This document shows positions 1 to 11,342 of a DNA stretch of 64,000 nt, in pieces. Each line of letters opens with the position of its first letter. Position 1 is the stretch's first letter. The DNA comes from an uncultured Bdellovibrio sp. (lineage in GTDB: Bacteria; Bdellovibrionota; Bdellovibrionia; Bdellovibrionales; Bdellovibrionaceae): the NCBI GenBank assembly GCA_963932905.1, contig CAWVRN010000024.1, positions 1-64,000 on the forward strand, written 5' to 3'. The notes under the pieces were generated by a model, which saw nothing but the letters and a program-made list of their open reading frames with translations, was not told the DNA's origin and made no database searches. Position numbers and translations under genes: made by a program.

Positions 1-134
1 CTGTCTTTCCAATAGAATTTAGCTTCTTAGCCGCAAGCTAAGGAGCCAGTTCTTGGATTAATAGGTTTTCTCGAAATTCCTTTCTATTTTTAGTCAAACT
101 AGGTACTATTATCCTTTGCTAGAGGAATAGGATA

Positions 135-2234
135 ATGTCGAAAGCGAATGGTGGAACGAAAGGGCAGACTAAAAAGTTTGTTAATAACTTTAAATTAGTC
201 TCTAGTTTCAAACCATCTGGAGACCAACCAAAAGCCATCGAACAGCTTGTAGATCATTTTCGTCGTGGGATTAAACATCAGACTCTGCTTGGAGTTACCG
301 GTAGTGGTAAAACTTTTACCATGGCTCACGTAATAGAGCAGATGAATGTCCCCGCACTTATATTGGCACCAAACAAAACATTGGCAGCTCAGCTTTATTC
401 AGAGTTTAAAGAAATTTTTCCGCAAAATGCAGTTGAATATTTCGTTAGTTTCTATGACTACTATCAGCCAGAAGCCTATATCCCGTCTACAGATACCTAT
501 ATCGAAAAAGATTCTGCAATTAATGATCAGATAGATCGCATGCGGCATTCAGCAACTCGGTCTCTGTTTGATCGTCGCGATGTAATTATAGTCAGCAGTG
601 TATCTTGTATCTATGGTCTGGGTTCACCTGAGGCCTACGAGAATATGATGGTTCATGTCGTTCGTGACACAGAAATGCGGCGTGATGATTTTATTCGTGA
701 ATTGATTCGCATTCAGTACGAACGTAATAACGTTGATTTTCATCGAGGAACAGTCCGAGTTCGCGGAGATATCGTTGAACTGTTTCCGGCTTATGAAGAT
801 TCAAAAGCGATTCGTGTCGAATTTTTTGGAGATTATATTGAACGTATTTCTTGGTTCGATCCATTGACGGGTGAAGTTGTCGGTGACTTAGATCAAGTCG
901 GAATCTATCCCGGCAGCCACTACGCAACGACAGAAGATAACTTAAAACGTGCCATTAAAACAATTCAAGATGAGCTTTTAGTGAGATTACCAGAGCTTAA
1001 GACGCAAATGAAATTTCTAGAAGCCCAGCGTTTAGAACAGCGTACTTATTATGACATTGAAATGATCGAGCACATGGGGTTTTGCCAGGGGATCGAAAAC
1101 TATTCGCGTCACTTAACTGGACGCGGTCCCGGTGAAGCGCCTCCAACTTTGATTGAATATTTTCCACCTGATTTTATCACAATAATCGATGAATCCCATA
1201 TTACAGTTCCTCAATTGGGAGCTATGTACCGAGGTGATCGAGCGCGTAAAACCACACTTGTTGAACATGGGTTTCGTTTGCCTTCGGCATTGGATAATCG
1301 CCCACTGAATTTTCAAGAATTTGAAAAGAATATGGATAAAGTCGTTTATGTGTCAGCCACTCCAGCCAATTACGAACTTGAAAAAAGTGAAGGCATTATC
1401 GTTGAACAAATTATCAGACCTACCGGATTAATCGACCCAGTCGTTGAGATTCGTCCTGTGAAATTTCAAGTTGATGATATACTAAAAGAGATTCGGATTC
1501 GTGTTGAAAAGAAAGAGCGGGTGTTGATCACAACCCTAACGAAACGTTCTGCCGAAGATCTTACTGAGTTTTTTGAATCAATGAATGTTAAAGTAAAATA
1601 CCTTCATAGCGAAATTCACACGATGGAACGAAGTGAGATTATTCGAGATTTACGACTGGGTGTTTTTGATGTCCTGATCGGTATCAATTTATTGAGGGAA
1701 GGCTTGGATATTCCTGAAGTAAGCTTGGTTTGTATTACAGACGCCGATAAAGAAGGCTTCCTGCGTTCAGAGCGCTCATTGATTCAAACCATTGGTCGGG
1801 CGGCTCGTAACGTCAATGGCCGAGTGATTCTATACGCCGACACAGTGACAGATTCAATTCGAAAAGCAATGGGTGAAACAGAACGTCGTCGTCGCATTCA
1901 AATGGAACACAATGAAAAAAATGGAATCACTCCGGCGTCGATCGTTAAAAAGATCAGCGAAGGTATTGGTGAAATGTTTGACGGATCACTAAATTTGAAA
2001 CAGTTGAAAGAAGACTATAAGCAGAAAGAAAAAACAGGGAAATTGATACCTCCTGAAAGCCTGCAAAAAGAAATCGGAAAACTGCGCGAGAAAATGAAAA
2101 AACTGGCGAAGTCTTTGGATTTCGAAGAAGCTGCAAAAGTTCGTGACGAGATTCGACGACTTGAAATTATGGAACTGGGAGTTCGTGAAGGATCTGTCGG
2201 CGGCAGTGGTGGAGAGCCAGCTGATGGCAAGTAA
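135..2234 (+). CDS. uvrB: Excinuclease ABC subunit B
   Basis: GDQP, Walker [16 protein letters not shown] beta-hairpin, [18 protein letters not shown]-terminal UVR motif; RBS AGAGGA. Confidence 0.98.
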   Translation: MSKANGGTKGQTKKFVNNFKLVSSFKPSGDQPKAIEQLVDHFRRGIKHQTLLGVTGSGKTFTMAHVIEQMNVPALILAPNKTLAAQLYSEFKEIFPQNAVEYFVSFYDYYQPEAYIPSTDTYIEKDSAINDQIDRMRHSATRSLFDRRDVIIVSSVSCIYGLGSPEAYENMMVHVVRDTEMRRDDFIRELIRIQYERNNVDFHRGTVRVRGDIVELFPAYEDSKAIRVEFFGDYIERISWFDPLTGEVVGDLDQVGIYPGSHYATTEDNLKRAIKTIQDELLVRLPELKTQMKFLEAQRLEQRTYYDIEMIEHMGFCQGIENYSRHLTGRGPGEAPPTLIEYFPPDFITIIDESHITVPQLGAMYRGDRARKTTLVEHGFRLPSALDNRPLNFQEFEKNMDKVVYVSATPANYELEKSEGIIVEQIIRPTGLIDPVVEIRPVKFQVDDILKEIRIRVEKKERVLITTLTKRSAEDLTEFFESMNVKVKYLHSEIHTMERSEIIRDLRLGVFDVLIGINLLREGLDIPEVSLVCITDADKEGFLRSERSLIQTIGRAARNVNGRVILYADTVTDSIRKAMGETERRRRIQMEHNEKNGITPASIVKKISEGIGEMFDGSLNLKQLKEDYKQKEKTGKLIPPESLQKEIGKLREKMKKLAKSLDFEEAAKVRDEIRRLEIMELGVREGSVGGSGGEPADGK

Positions 2235-4116
2235 GCCGCCCAGTGGACGTTTTGAAGAATTGAAAGAACTGGTAAAGGAATATCCAGTCCAAAGCGGCGT
2301 CTATCTGATGAAGAATGATGTGCAGAAAATTATATACGTCGGTAAAGCCAAAAACCTGCGTAATCGTGTACGTAGTTATTTTCAAAACCTGGATCACAAC
2401 GGAAAAACACGGGCATTGATTCAGAACATTCACGCGGTTGAATACATTCTGACAAAAACAGAAGTCGAAGCTTTTTTACTTGAGGCTTCTTTAATTAAGA
2501 AACATAAACCGAAATATAATATTCGTTTGCGCGACGATAAGTCATATCCGTACATTAAGCTTACATTGGGAGATAAATTTCCGCGCCTGTATTTAAGCAG
2601 AAAAGTAAAGCGAGACGAACATGTCTATTTTGGTCCCTACACAAGTGGTTCCGCTGTTTTTGGAACGATTAAGTTTTTGAATCGCACATTTAAAATTCGC
2701 GATTGTTCTGATGGCGTGTTTAATTCACGCAAGCGTCCCTGTCTGACGTACCAAATTGGCCGCTGTACAGCGCCATGTGTAGGCTACGTGGATCAGCCAA
2801 CATACGCACTAGATGTGGAAGGGGCGTTACATTTCCTAAAAGGTCAGAATAAAAAAGTTTTAAAGCATTTGGCTGAACGTATGCATCAGCTGGCGGAAGA
2901 AGAAAAATTTGAAATGGCGGCGAAGATCCGTGACTCTATTGAATCGATCAAAGTCATCTTGCAGAAACAAGCCGTTATTAACGAAAGCTTTGAAAAAGAC
3001 CTGGATGTATTCACCTATTACGGTGATGAACGCGGTTGTATCGTTGAGACTCTTCACTTTCGCAGTGGGCGCATCATCGGTAACCGATCGCAATTTTTGG
3101 ATGTCAATCCCATCGATACGTTAGAAGACGAACGCGAATGGTTTGTCTCCTTCATCAATCAGTATTACGAAGAAAATATTGTTCCTGATGAAGTATTGGT
3201 TGGTAGTGATTTTGGAAATGATATCAATAAACTTTTGGAAAATGTTCTAGAGTTCAGAACAGAACGTAAAATTTCTGTCCGCTATCCTACCGATGAAAAA
3301 GGTCGAAAACTTTTAGATATGTGTAAACAAAATGCGATTTCTCATTTTGAAAAACGTTTGACAGAAAATGAAGAAAAATTTGTTGGACTTGATGAAATTA
3401 AAAACAAATTAGAACTGTTAACTCGCCCGCATCGTATTGAGTGTTACGACATCTCGAATTTTCAAGGTACCGAAACCGTGGCGTCGCAAGTTGTGTTCGA
3501 AGACGGCTTGCCGGCCAAGGACCACTACCGTCGATACAAAATTAAAACGGTGGAGGGCCAGAATGACTTTGCGTCAATGTACGAAGTTCTATCACGACGG
3601 TTTAAACATTCCGAATGGGATGAACCACAATTGATCGTTGTCGATGGTGGCAAGGGGCAGCTAAGCCAAGCTGTGAAAATACTCAGTGAGCTAGGAAAGC
3701 AGCATATTCCTGTTGTGGGTTTAGCAAAAGCGCGTGTAAAGCGCGATTTCAAAGCGGCTGAAGTCGAGGCTTCTGAAGAACGTGTATTCCTGCCGGGACG
3801 ACAAAACCCGGTATTTTTTAGGCAACAGGCGGATGGTTTGAATATCTTAGTCAATATTCGCGATGAAGCTCATCGATTCGCCATTACTTTCCATCGAAAA
3901 CTACGTGAAGAACGTACGCTTTCGAGCGAGCTCGACTTTGTCGTTGGATTGGGCGAAAAACGAAAGAAAGCTTTACTTACGCACTTTGATTCTTTAGATG
4001 ATATTAAGATAGCTAGTGCCGAAGAAATTGCTCAAATTAAAGGCTTTAATCGCATCTTAGCAGAACGTATATTGATTCAACTAAATGAAGAAGAAACCGT
4101 GGAGATCGTCGAGTGA
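2224..4116 (+). CDS. uvrC: Excinuclease ABC subunit C
   Basis: GIY-YIG ([19 protein letters not shown]), Cys cluster, [22 protein letters not shown], HhH; start moved to ATG 2224 overlapping the uvrB end. Confidence 0.97.
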   Translation: MASKPPSGRFEELKELVKEYPVQSGVYLMKNDVQKIIYVGKAKNLRNRVRSYFQNLDHNGKTRALIQNIHAVEYILTKTEVEAFLLEASLIKKHKPKYNIRLRDDKSYPYIKLTLGDKFPRLYLSRKVKRDEHVYFGPYTSGSAVFGTIKFLNRTFKIRDCSDGVFNSRKRPCLTYQIGRCTAPCVGYVDQPTYALDVEGALHFLKGQNKKVLKHLAERMHQLAEEEKFEMAAKIRDSIESIKVILQKQAVINESFEKDLDVFTYYGDERGCIVETLHFRSGRIIGNRSQFLDVNPIDTLEDEREWFVSFINQYYEENIVPDEVLVGSDFGNDINKLLENVLEFRTERKISVRYPTDEKGRKLLDMCKQNAISHFEKRLTENEEKFVGLDEIKNKLELLTRPHRIECYDISNFQGTETVASQVVFEDGLPAKDHYRRYKIKTVEGQNDFASMYEVLSRRFKHSEWDEPQLIVVDGGKGQLSQAVKILSELGKQHIPVVGLAKARVKRDFKAAEVEASEERVFLPGRQNPVFFRQQADGLNILVNIRDEAHRFAITFHRKLREERTLSSELDFVVGLGEKRKKALLTHFDSLDDIKIASAEEIAQIKGFNRILAERILIQLNEEETVEIVE

Positions 4117-5885
4117 GTTTACTAGTGTCAGCAAATAAATTGAGTCATTCGTTCGGCGGCCGTACTTTGTTTTCTGACTTAGCATGCGGAATTTTTGAAG
4201 GCGATAAAGTGGGATTGATCGGTCCCAACGGAGCCGGTAAATCCACACTGTTTAAAATATTGGCGCAGACAATTAAACCAGATAAAGGGGATGTTGTTCA
4301 TCGTAAGGGACTTAGAGTTGGTTTCTTACAGCAAACCGTGGATATGGATGATTCTCAATCCTGGTTTATGCATTTACTTGAAATCGAACCGGATTACGCA
4401 GAACTACTGCAAACTTTATCAAAGCTGGAGCTGAATAATCTTTCTGAAGACCTATTATTTTCCGAGTGTTCAGGTGGGCTGCAAAAGCGTATTGGTATCG
4501 CCGCCGAAATTTTAAAAAAGCCTGACGTTTTATTTCTGGATGAGCCGACGAATCACTTGGATGTTGATTCTATTATTTGGATCGAGGATTTTTTACGAGA
4601 TTCAGGTTTAACGTACGTACTTGTAACCCATGACCGATTATTTCTAGAAAGAACATGCACGAAAATTTTCGATTTAGATAAAAAGAATCCTAAATTTTTA
4701 TTAGTCACTGATGGAGATTTGGCGGAACATTTAGAGCGAAAAGAACAATTGATTGCTCAGCAACGTTCGACAGTGGAGAAATTGAAAAATACGTTAACTC
4801 GAGAAACAGAATGGCTCCGTCGAGGCGCTAAAGCTCGTCAGACAAAACAAAAATACAGAATTCAAAATCATGCGGTTATCAAAAGTGAACTAGAGGGTTT
4901 AAAACAAAAAGTTTCAAACAAGAGTTTCGATTTTGATTTCGGCGACAAACGGACACCTAAGAAATTGCTAGAAATCAAAAACCTAGATTTTTCGTATGAA
5001 AATAGAAATATTTTTACCGATTTGAATTTATTAATATCTGGCACCACGCGACTTGGAATCTTGGGACGTAATGGTTCAGGAAAGAGTACATTGCTAAAAC
5101 TTATCTTGGATCAATTGACCCCGGATAAAGGCACTGTGCAATTGACTGATGGTGTGAAGATTTCCTACTTCGAACAAACGAAACAAACATTGGACACTAA
5201 AGCGTCAGTTTTGAAAAACATTTGCCCGCAAGGGGACTACGTTAAATATCAAGGCGAACATCTGTATGCGAAGTCTTACCTAGAGCGTTTTGGATTTAGC
5301 TATGATCAAATGGATTTGCCAGTCGAGAAATTGTCGGGTGGCGAGAAGAGTCGGATTCGTATTGCGCAGTTAATGCTGGAAGAAAGCCAATTATTACTGT
5401 TGGATGAACCAACGAATGATTTAGATTTTGAATCCCTAGCTTCGTTGCAAAAAGCGTTAGCTGATTTTCCAGGCGGCATCATTTTAGTGACCCATGATCG
5501 TTATTTTATGGATGTCAGCTGCAATCAAATTATGTACATGGACCCACCGGAGCCGATTCAGTTATTCAGCGATTACTTCCAGTGGGAAGACTATTACGCG
5601 CGTGCGAATCTACTGAAAGAACAAGAAAAGCAGTCTGCCAAAAAAGATAAGAAACCCGCTGCTAAAAAAGGGTTAAATTTTAACGAGACTCGAGAGCTTG
5701 AAACGATTGAAAAAGACATCGCGCAACTAGAGGAAAAGTTAGAGAAATTGAAAAACGAGTCCCTGCAAGAGGCGACTTTGGCCGATTCTAAACGGACCTA
5801 TGAGATCTTTGTCGAGATGGACCAGACCTCTAAAAAGATCGATACATTGTTTACACGCTGGCAAGAGCTGGACCTCAAGAAATAG
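4113..5885 (+). CDS. ABC-F family ATPase, Uup-like (two ABC domains plus C-terminal coiled coil)
   Basis: GPNGAGKST and GRNGSGKST, DEPTNHLD, WLRRGAKAR linker, C-terminal LNFNETRELE..RWQEL; GTG start overlaps uvrC stop. Confidence 0.9.
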   Translation: MSLLVSANKLSHSFGGRTLFSDLACGIFEGDKVGLIGPNGAGKSTLFKILAQTIKPDKGDVVHRKGLRVGFLQQTVDMDDSQSWFMHLLEIEPDYAELLQTLSKLELNNLSEDLLFSECSGGLQKRIGIAAEILKKPDVLFLDEPTNHLDVDSIIWIEDFLRDSGLTYVLVTHDRLFLERTCTKIFDLDKKNPKFLLVTDGDLAEHLERKEQLIAQQRSTVEKLKNTLTRETEWLRRGAKARQTKQKYRIQNHAVIKSELEGLKQKVSNKSFDFDFGDKRTPKKLLEIKNLDFSYENRNIFTDLNLLISGTTRLGILGRNGSGKSTLLKLILDQLTPDKGTVQLTDGVKISYFEQTKQTLDTKASVLKNICPQGDYVKYQGEHLYAKSYLERFGFSYDQMDLPVEKLSGGEKSRIRIAQLMLEESQLLLLDEPTNDLDFESLASLQKALADFPGGIILVTHDRYFMDVSCNQIMYMDPPEPIQLFSDYFQWEDYYARANLLKEQEKQSAKKDKKPAAKKGLNFNETRELETIEKDIAQLEEKLEKLKNESLQEATLADSKRTYEIFVEMDQTSKKIDTLFTRWQELDLKK

Positions 5886-5890
5886 CGATT

Positions 5891-5917
5891 TTAGTATTTC
5901 CGTCAATAGGCCGAAGA
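5891..5917 (+). promoter_or_regulatory. Putative sigma28 (FliA) promoter
   Basis: TTAG-N15-GCCGAAGA vs consensus TAAA-N15-GCCGATAA. Confidence 0.5.
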
Positions 5918-5924
5918 ATTCAAT

Positions 5925-7013
5925 ATGATACAAGGTGATTATTTTGATCAATTGATGTCGGCCTTAAATCAATCCGCCATCGTCAGTATAACAGACACAA
6001 AAGGTAAAATCGTTTTTGCAAACGAAAACTTTTGTTCGATCTCGGGTTATTCGTTGCCCGAGTTGTTGGGTAAGGATCACCGAATAATTAACAGCGCGTA
6101 TCACAAACCTGAATTTTTCAAAACGATGTGGGAAAAATTAAAGCAAGGCCAAGTTTGGACTGGCGAGATCCAAAATCGCCGAAAGAATGGTGAGCTTTAT
6201 TGGGTTCAATCAACAATATCAGCCATTGTAAATGAAAAAAATGAAGTCGTGAATTATGTGGCCATTCGATTTGATATCACTCAAATGAAAAAAACTCAGG
6301 TTTTATTAGAAGAATCTAGTCGATTGGCTTCATTAGGTGAAATGGCCAGTGGAATTGCTCACGAAATCAATAATCCACTTACGATTATTTTGGGTCGATT
6401 GACTATTGCGCAGAAAAAAATTGAGCGCAATGATCCGCCAGCGATCGTGACCAAAGAACTACAAACAATAGAGCGTACGGTATTTAGAATTTCAAATATC
6501 ATAAATGGTCTGAAAAAACTGGCACGCCAAGGCAGTTTTGATTCCATGGAGCACTTCGATATAGTTCAGCTTATTAATGAATCACGCGATTTGTATGCGC
6601 AGAAATTAGCAGTGTCTGACGTTAAATTTACATTTGATCAGACTGAACCTATCTACGTAAATGCGAAACCGTTGCAAATTTCCCAAGTTATTTTGAATTT
6701 AGTTAATAACAGTGTCGATGCTATCGAGACCCATCAAGAACGGTGGATTCGTATCGAAGTTACTAAACAAGATGATCGTTGTTTGATTTGCGTTGTAGAT
6801 TCTGGATCAGGTATTCCAGCCGACATCGCCGCCAAAGTCATGAATCCTTTTTTTACTACGAAAGATCCAGGCAAGGGCACAGGCCTTGGATTAAGCTTAT
6901 CTAAGAAGATGGTCGAAGATTCACAAGGTCGATTCTTTTACGATTCAACAAAGAAGAACACGACCTTCACAATCGATCTTGAACTAGGTCAGGCAAAAAA
7001 CCAAGTCGCTTAA
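5925..7013 (+). CDS. Soluble PAS-domain sensor histidine kinase
   Basis: PAS/PAC (SAIVSITDTKGKIVFAN..W.GEIQNRRKNGELYWV), H-box IAHEINNPL, N box, DSGSG, PFFTTK..GTGLGL. Confidence 0.92.
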   Translation: MIQGDYFDQLMSALNQSAIVSITDTKGKIVFANENFCSISGYSLPELLGKDHRIINSAYHKPEFFKTMWEKLKQGQVWTGEIQNRRKNGELYWVQSTISAIVNEKNEVVNYVAIRFDITQMKKTQVLLEESSRLASLGEMASGIAHEINNPLTIILGRLTIAQKKIERNDPPAIVTKELQTIERTVFRISNIINGLKKLARQGSFDSMEHFDIVQLINESRDLYAQKLAVSDVKFTFDQTEPIYVNAKPLQISQVILNLVNNSVDAIETHQERWIRIEVTKQDDRCLICVVDSGSGIPADIAAKVMNPFFTTKDPGKGTGLGLSLSKKMVEDSQGRFFYDSTKKNTTFTIDLELGQAKNQVA

Positions 7014-7153
7014 AGTGTTTGGAGTTAAGTTCCATTTTCAAAGTCATTTGATATTGATCAAAGGTTGGTATTGAACTGTCTAGTTAAGACCCTTTGAATA
7101 ATTCACTAGACCAAAAAACTTAGGTTTAGTAGTTTTAATGAGAGGTTGTAAAT

Positions 7154-7798
7154 TTGACTAAGAGAATCTGTTTTTTCATATTTTTACTTTCTATTGCTTC
7201 TGCCGGTTTCGCTGAGCCAGAATTAAGATCTGGCGATATTATATTTCAAACATCAAGGTCGACACAATCCTACGCAATAATGTGGGCTAGTAAAAGCGTT
7301 TATAGTCATGTTGGCATAGTAGAAGTTGATGGAAAAAATATGTACGTAATTGAAGCCATTTCAAAAGTTAGCAGAACACCTTTTGAAAAATGGATTGATC
7401 GAGGTAAGTTGGGGCGTTACTCGGTTTTTCGATTAAAGGATATGGATGCAAAAAAGGGAAAAGAAGTAGTGGCTCATTCAAAATCGTATATCGGTCGTGG
7501 ATACGACATTTTTTTTAGTTCAAAAAATGACGAAATCTATTGCAGTGAACTTGTGGCATTAGCCTATGAAAATTCACATTTAAAAATAGGAAAACGACAG
7601 AAAGTAAAAGAACTTGATACAGATAATTTGGTGGTACGAAAGTTAGTTGAAAAACGTTGGCGTCGCCATCCTGTTTGTAGAGGTAAATCAAAAAAATTTG
7701 AAGACTGCTGGAACTTAATACTCGAAGATGAATTAGTTACCCCCGAGAGTATCGCTCAAGATGAAAAACTCGTTAAGGTGTGGTCGAACTATCCGTAA
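7154..7798 (+). CDS. Secreted permuted papain-like (YiiX/YaeF-type NlpC/P60) amidase
   Basis: Signal peptide; GDIIFQ..YSHVGIV and IYCSELV with His before Cys (permuted order). Confidence 0.85.
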   Translation: MTKRICFFIFLLSIASAGFAEPELRSGDIIFQTSRSTQSYAIMWASKSVYSHVGIVEVDGKNMYVIEAISKVSRTPFEKWIDRGKLGRYSVFRLKDMDAKKGKEVVAHSKSYIGRGYDIFFSSKNDEIYCSELVALAYENSHLKIGKRQKVKELDTDNLVVRKLVEKRWRRHPVCRGKSKKFEDCWNLILEDELVTPESIAQDEKLVKVWSNYP

Positions 7799-7947
7799 AA
7801 CTATCTGCCAGATACTTTCCTAGCTTTATCGACTATTCAAAAATGGAATCTACTTTTTTTGACTGGTGCTGGATCTGAGGATATATTATGCATAAGAATT
7901 CTTAAAAAAATTCCTTATCAGTCTCGAAGTGATTCAAGCGGAGCTGA

Positions 7948-8493
7948 TTATTTGCCTCGCGACGGCGGCGGCAAAGGGATACCTTTAAAAAGAAAGCTTT
8001 TAGAGTCATCCCAGTTTATACCCGTCTCGACATAACGATGCAGTCGCGTGCACAGTTTATCGGCCGATCCAATCATACCGGTCAGTTCATATTCGTAGAT
8101 GGTTTTGCGATCTTTTTCGGGGTCTAAATCCTTTTTGATCACGCGGGCTTTAGTACTTTCGAAACTTTCGTCGAGTTCAACCAGATCAGCTCCGTACTTG
8201 TCGTTCGCTTCGATAATCGAAGACAACATCAGACGTTGCAATGGACGCTCGTTAGGCGTAACCACATCATCCGATATCATTTCTGTAATCAAACATTTGA
8301 AACGTTTTTCTGCGGCAAACGCACAAAAGACAATAGGTGCTTTGTTGAGATTAACCCCTTCCCATTGCGGAGAACTGCGGAATACATCAAAGAATTCAAC
8401 CAAAGAGTTTGTCCTAATCTGCGCCAACGTATACAAATTTTCGCCAATCCTTAAAGACAGAATTGTTTTTTTCTTTGAGGTAGTACGTTTCAT
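7948..8493 (-). CDS. Hypothetical protein, possibly immunity-protein-like
   Basis: 181-aa ORF directly downstream of the FHA protease; resemblance to immunity proteins is an impression only. Confidence 0.55.
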   Translation of the reverse strand: MKRTTSKKKTILSLRIGENLYTLAQIRTNSLVEFFDVFRSSPQWEGVNLNKAPIVFCAFAAEKRFKCLITEMISDDVVTPNERPLQRLMLSSIIEANDKYGADLVELDESFESTKARVIKKDLDPEKDRKTIYEYELTGMIGSADKLCTRLHRYVETGINWDDSKSFLFKGIPLPPPSRGK

Positions 8494-8533
8494 TTTATGG
8501 TCCTACACCCATGGTGTCTAATGGGCCGTTGGC

Positions 8534-11170
8534 TTACTCCGCTTTGAAAGTTCTAAATTCAAATTCTGTTTTATATAAATCCGTTTTCTCAGAGTCTTTG
8601 AAAAGAGTTTGGCATGTGCCGTAGGCCTGTTTTTTCCAGTTCTTTTCGTCAGGTCCTAAATCTTTTTTCCATATAACTTCTTTCTGTTTTTCTAATTTGG
8701 CTTTCATACCCTTGGGCATACCCGGAGGAGCCATGTCAGAAGCTAAACCACGGAAGGACTTTTGAATGTTTTGGTCTTTAGTTAGCATCGCGTTGTATTT
8801 TAATTCTTCGAACTGAATTCCCGCAGTACAAAGTTCATATTGGTTTTCCTTTTTATCTTTCTCTTTACGAATGAACTGAACACCAAAACCACTCCATACA
8901 CCGCGCCCTAATGTTGCATTAAATGCGACGCCGGGAATAAAGCGTAAACCGACAATGTTTTCCTTTTTGCCAAGATTTAGCGTATAGTCGAAATTCTTTA
9001 AGTTTACCGTCAAGTTGTTTGAAGCGTTCGTTCCCACTTCAAAACCTTTTAAATAACTAGAATCGGCCATGTACTGAGTTAAGTCAGCAGTCGGGATAGA
9101 TGGTAGGTTGAAGAAATCCATCATCGCGTATTTTTCATTTAATTCGAAGTTTACAAAATTCTTAACAAGTTCTTCTTTCATGCGATCAACCGAACCTTCT
9201 TGGAAGGTGCTTAGGCAGTGGGTCGCCGTGATTGTGTTCATGCAGAATAACTCGATGTAGAAAGAATCATAGAAATCGGCGACGTAGTATTCCCAGTTAC
9301 GATTGTTTTGATCTTTGTAAGTTTTGATTTTTTTGACCCCAGATGGGAAATCTTTGACTTTGAAATCCGCTTTCGCTTTTGGACGTAAAAATGGGAAAAA
9401 GCGTAGGGATACGATCGCGCCCTCTGGTCCGATGAAAACATCTTTCATTGTTTTTAACGTATTCTCTTCGCGTTTTTTCATGTCCTTTTCTGGGGTGCTG
9501 TATACGATGGAAAAGTCAGGACTTGCTATAAAGTATCTAGAAATATCTATTGATTCTTTTGAATCTTTCACTGAGGAATACACTTGATAGTTTTTATCTT
9601 TAGGAACTTCAAAGCGTTCTTCAATTAACATTCCTTTGGTCGCCATATAACCTTCGTTATATAAATATGTTCGTTCTTTCTTCCAATCGTTCAACGTCAT
9701 TTCGTAGCCGATCTGACCGCTAGTGCCGACCAAACCAATCGATTTAGGGACCAACGTATCATTCACTGATTTAAAAACGACGTAAGGATCGCTTGTCGTA
9801 GATGGGATAACATAAGGTAAACTTTTCGTTGCTTGAGTTTCCCAATCCGTGCCCGGTAAATCTTCTTTACGAATCATTTGACTAACAGATAAGATTTTTT
9901 CTTTGGCGACTTCATGGAATTTTTGAAAATACATTCCATGCGATTGATCAAAATTAAATGGCACCTGAATTTTAACATTAAATTTATTTAGAACTTCAAG
10001 CAGGTGAGGCTTGTTGTCTAACTTTTCGATCAGCGGTAGGCGGAATGATTTCGACAAATAGTACTCAATACCACCAAAATTTAAATCTGAAGTTTTAGAA
10101 TCAAACACGATTTCTTTTGGATCGCGATTCAATACAAAGTTGTTAAAACCATTGCGTAAATCCTGGTACGAAATACCGATGTTATAGTTCTCTGCCATAT
10201 TTTTTCTTGAAACTAAGGCAACAACTTCGCCTTTCTCATTCAACAGTGGACCACCGCTGTTTCCTGGGCTAGCAGCCGCAGAGAAGCGGATGTATTTCAC
10301 ATTAGGATCATTTGGATCTTCAGTTTCACCCGAGATAATACCTTCGCGGATAGCTAACCCTTCGCCCGCAACATTACCGATCGTGAATACTTTTTGACCC
10401 ACTTCAATTTTTTCAGTGAAGCGGAAAAATGGATTGTCATTGAATCCTTCGACTTCTAGGAACATATAGTCTTTTGTGAAATCAAAGCCTAAAACACGTT
10501 TAGGAATGATTTCGCGATTATCAAATGTTTTCAAAATGAAATCTTTTTCGATAGACAACCCAGGAGGCGGGCTAACGCAATGGTGAGCCGTCAACAGAAT
10601 GTTTTTCTCGACCAGGAATCCGGTACAGAACCCCACTGTTTCTTTGAAATCTTCCTCTTTTAAATCGGCCTCTTTTTTAATTTTTTCTAATAGGTCTTTT
10701 TTAACTTTTAATTCAAACTTTAGAATTTTGTTTTCTGAAAAACCCATCAAGGATTTAGAATCAAATTTATTTTGGTAATAGTAAGAGAAATAGGTTGTAA
10801 CCGCGGCCATCACAAACAGGATTGCTGTATAGCTGGCTGCTCTAATGTAGCTATAGTTTTTTTGTACCGGTTTTTCTTCTAGAACATGAGTCTTTTCGTT
10901 AGCCAGGAATGTATCCAAGAAAATTGAAAGGCCGTTTTTCATGTCCACGCTGACCGAATCAGTGAGGGTAGTTACAGAGTTTTTTAATCCTGATTCATTC
11001 CGGAAATGCCAGCGACCTTCTTCGAAATATAAAACCCCTTGAAACCGTGACACAGTAGGAACGGGAAGTTGGACATCACAGTTTAAACCTCGGCCAACCG
11101 TATAGGATTTGTTAATCTGAGGTTCAAGAGTGCCTACGATTTGGTTTTTATGTCGGAAATAGATCTTCAT
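8534..11170 (-). CDS. FHA domain - TM helix - trypsin-like serine protease with long C-terminal extension
   Basis: FHA (VGRGLNCDVQL..VSRFQ), hydrophobic helix around aa 110-130, triad motifs LTAHHC, DYMFL, GNSGGP; RBS GGAG. Confidence 0.85.
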   Translation of the reverse strand: MKIYFRHKNQIVGTLEPQINKSYTVGRGLNCDVQLPVPTVSRFQGVLYFEEGRWHFRNESGLKNSVTTLTDSVSVDMKNGLSIFLDTFLANEKTHVLEEKPVQKNYSYIRAASYTAILFVMAAVTTYFSYYYQNKFDSKSLMGFSENKILKFELKVKKDLLEKIKKEADLKEEDFKETVGFCTGFLVEKNILLTAHHCVSPPPGLSIEKDFILKTFDNREIIPKRVLGFDFTKDYMFLEVEGFNDNPFFRFTEKIEVGQKVFTIGNVAGEGLAIREGIISGETEDPNDPNVKYIRFSAAASPGNSGGPLLNEKGEVVALVSRKNMAENYNIGISYQDLRNGFNNFVLNRDPKEIVFDSKTSDLNFGGIEYYLSKSFRLPLIEKLDNKPHLLEVLNKFNVKIQVPFNFDQSHGMYFQKFHEVAKEKILSVSQMIRKEDLPGTDWETQATKSLPYVIPSTTSDPYVVFKSVNDTLVPKSIGLVGTSGQIGYEMTLNDWKKERTYLYNEGYMATKGMLIEERFEVPKDKNYQVYSSVKDSKESIDISRYFIASPDFSIVYSTPEKDMKKREENTLKTMKDVFIGPEGAIVSLRFFPFLRPKAKADFKVKDFPSGVKKIKTYKDQNNRNWEYYVADFYDSFYIELFCMNTITATHCLSTFQEGSVDRMKEELVKNFVNFELNEKYAMMDFFNLPSIPTADLTQYMADSSYLKGFEVGTNASNNLTVNLKNFDYTLNLGKKENIVGLRFIPGVAFNATLGRGVWSGFGVQFIRKEKDKKENQYELCTAGIQFEELKYNAMLTKDQNIQKSFRGLASDMAPPGMPKGMKAKLEKQKEVIWKKDLGPDEKNWKKQAYGTCQTLFKDSEKTDLYKTEFEFRTFKAE

Positions 11171-11193
11171 TTAGTCTCCAAAGCTATGAAAAA

Positions 11194-11221
11194 CTATCGG
11201 CCATCACCGGGAATTCATTGA
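11194..11221 (-). promoter_or_regulatory. Putative sigma28 promoter of the FHA protease
   Basis: Minus strand TCAA-N16-GCCGATAG. Confidence 0.6.
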
Positions 11222-11342
11222 GGCCAGCTAAGAAAAACAGCAGTTCGGACCAAAGGCGTACGCCTACGCACAAGGCAAATAAAGTCTTTATTGACGAAAG
11301 CTAAATTTGTGAATAACTCTAGGGCTTTAACAGCGGGGATTT

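Noticed and set aside
22..46. Hairpin GCTTCTTAGC-N5-GCTAAGGAGC upstream of uvrB
   Set aside because: Context is cut by the window edge and there is no U tract; cannot assign a role
60..134. LexA/SOS box upstream of uvrBC
   Set aside because: No palindrome I recognise as a LexA box
8099..8521. 140-aa plus-strand ORF
   Set aside because: Antisense shadow of the 7948-8493 gene, with Ser-rich composition
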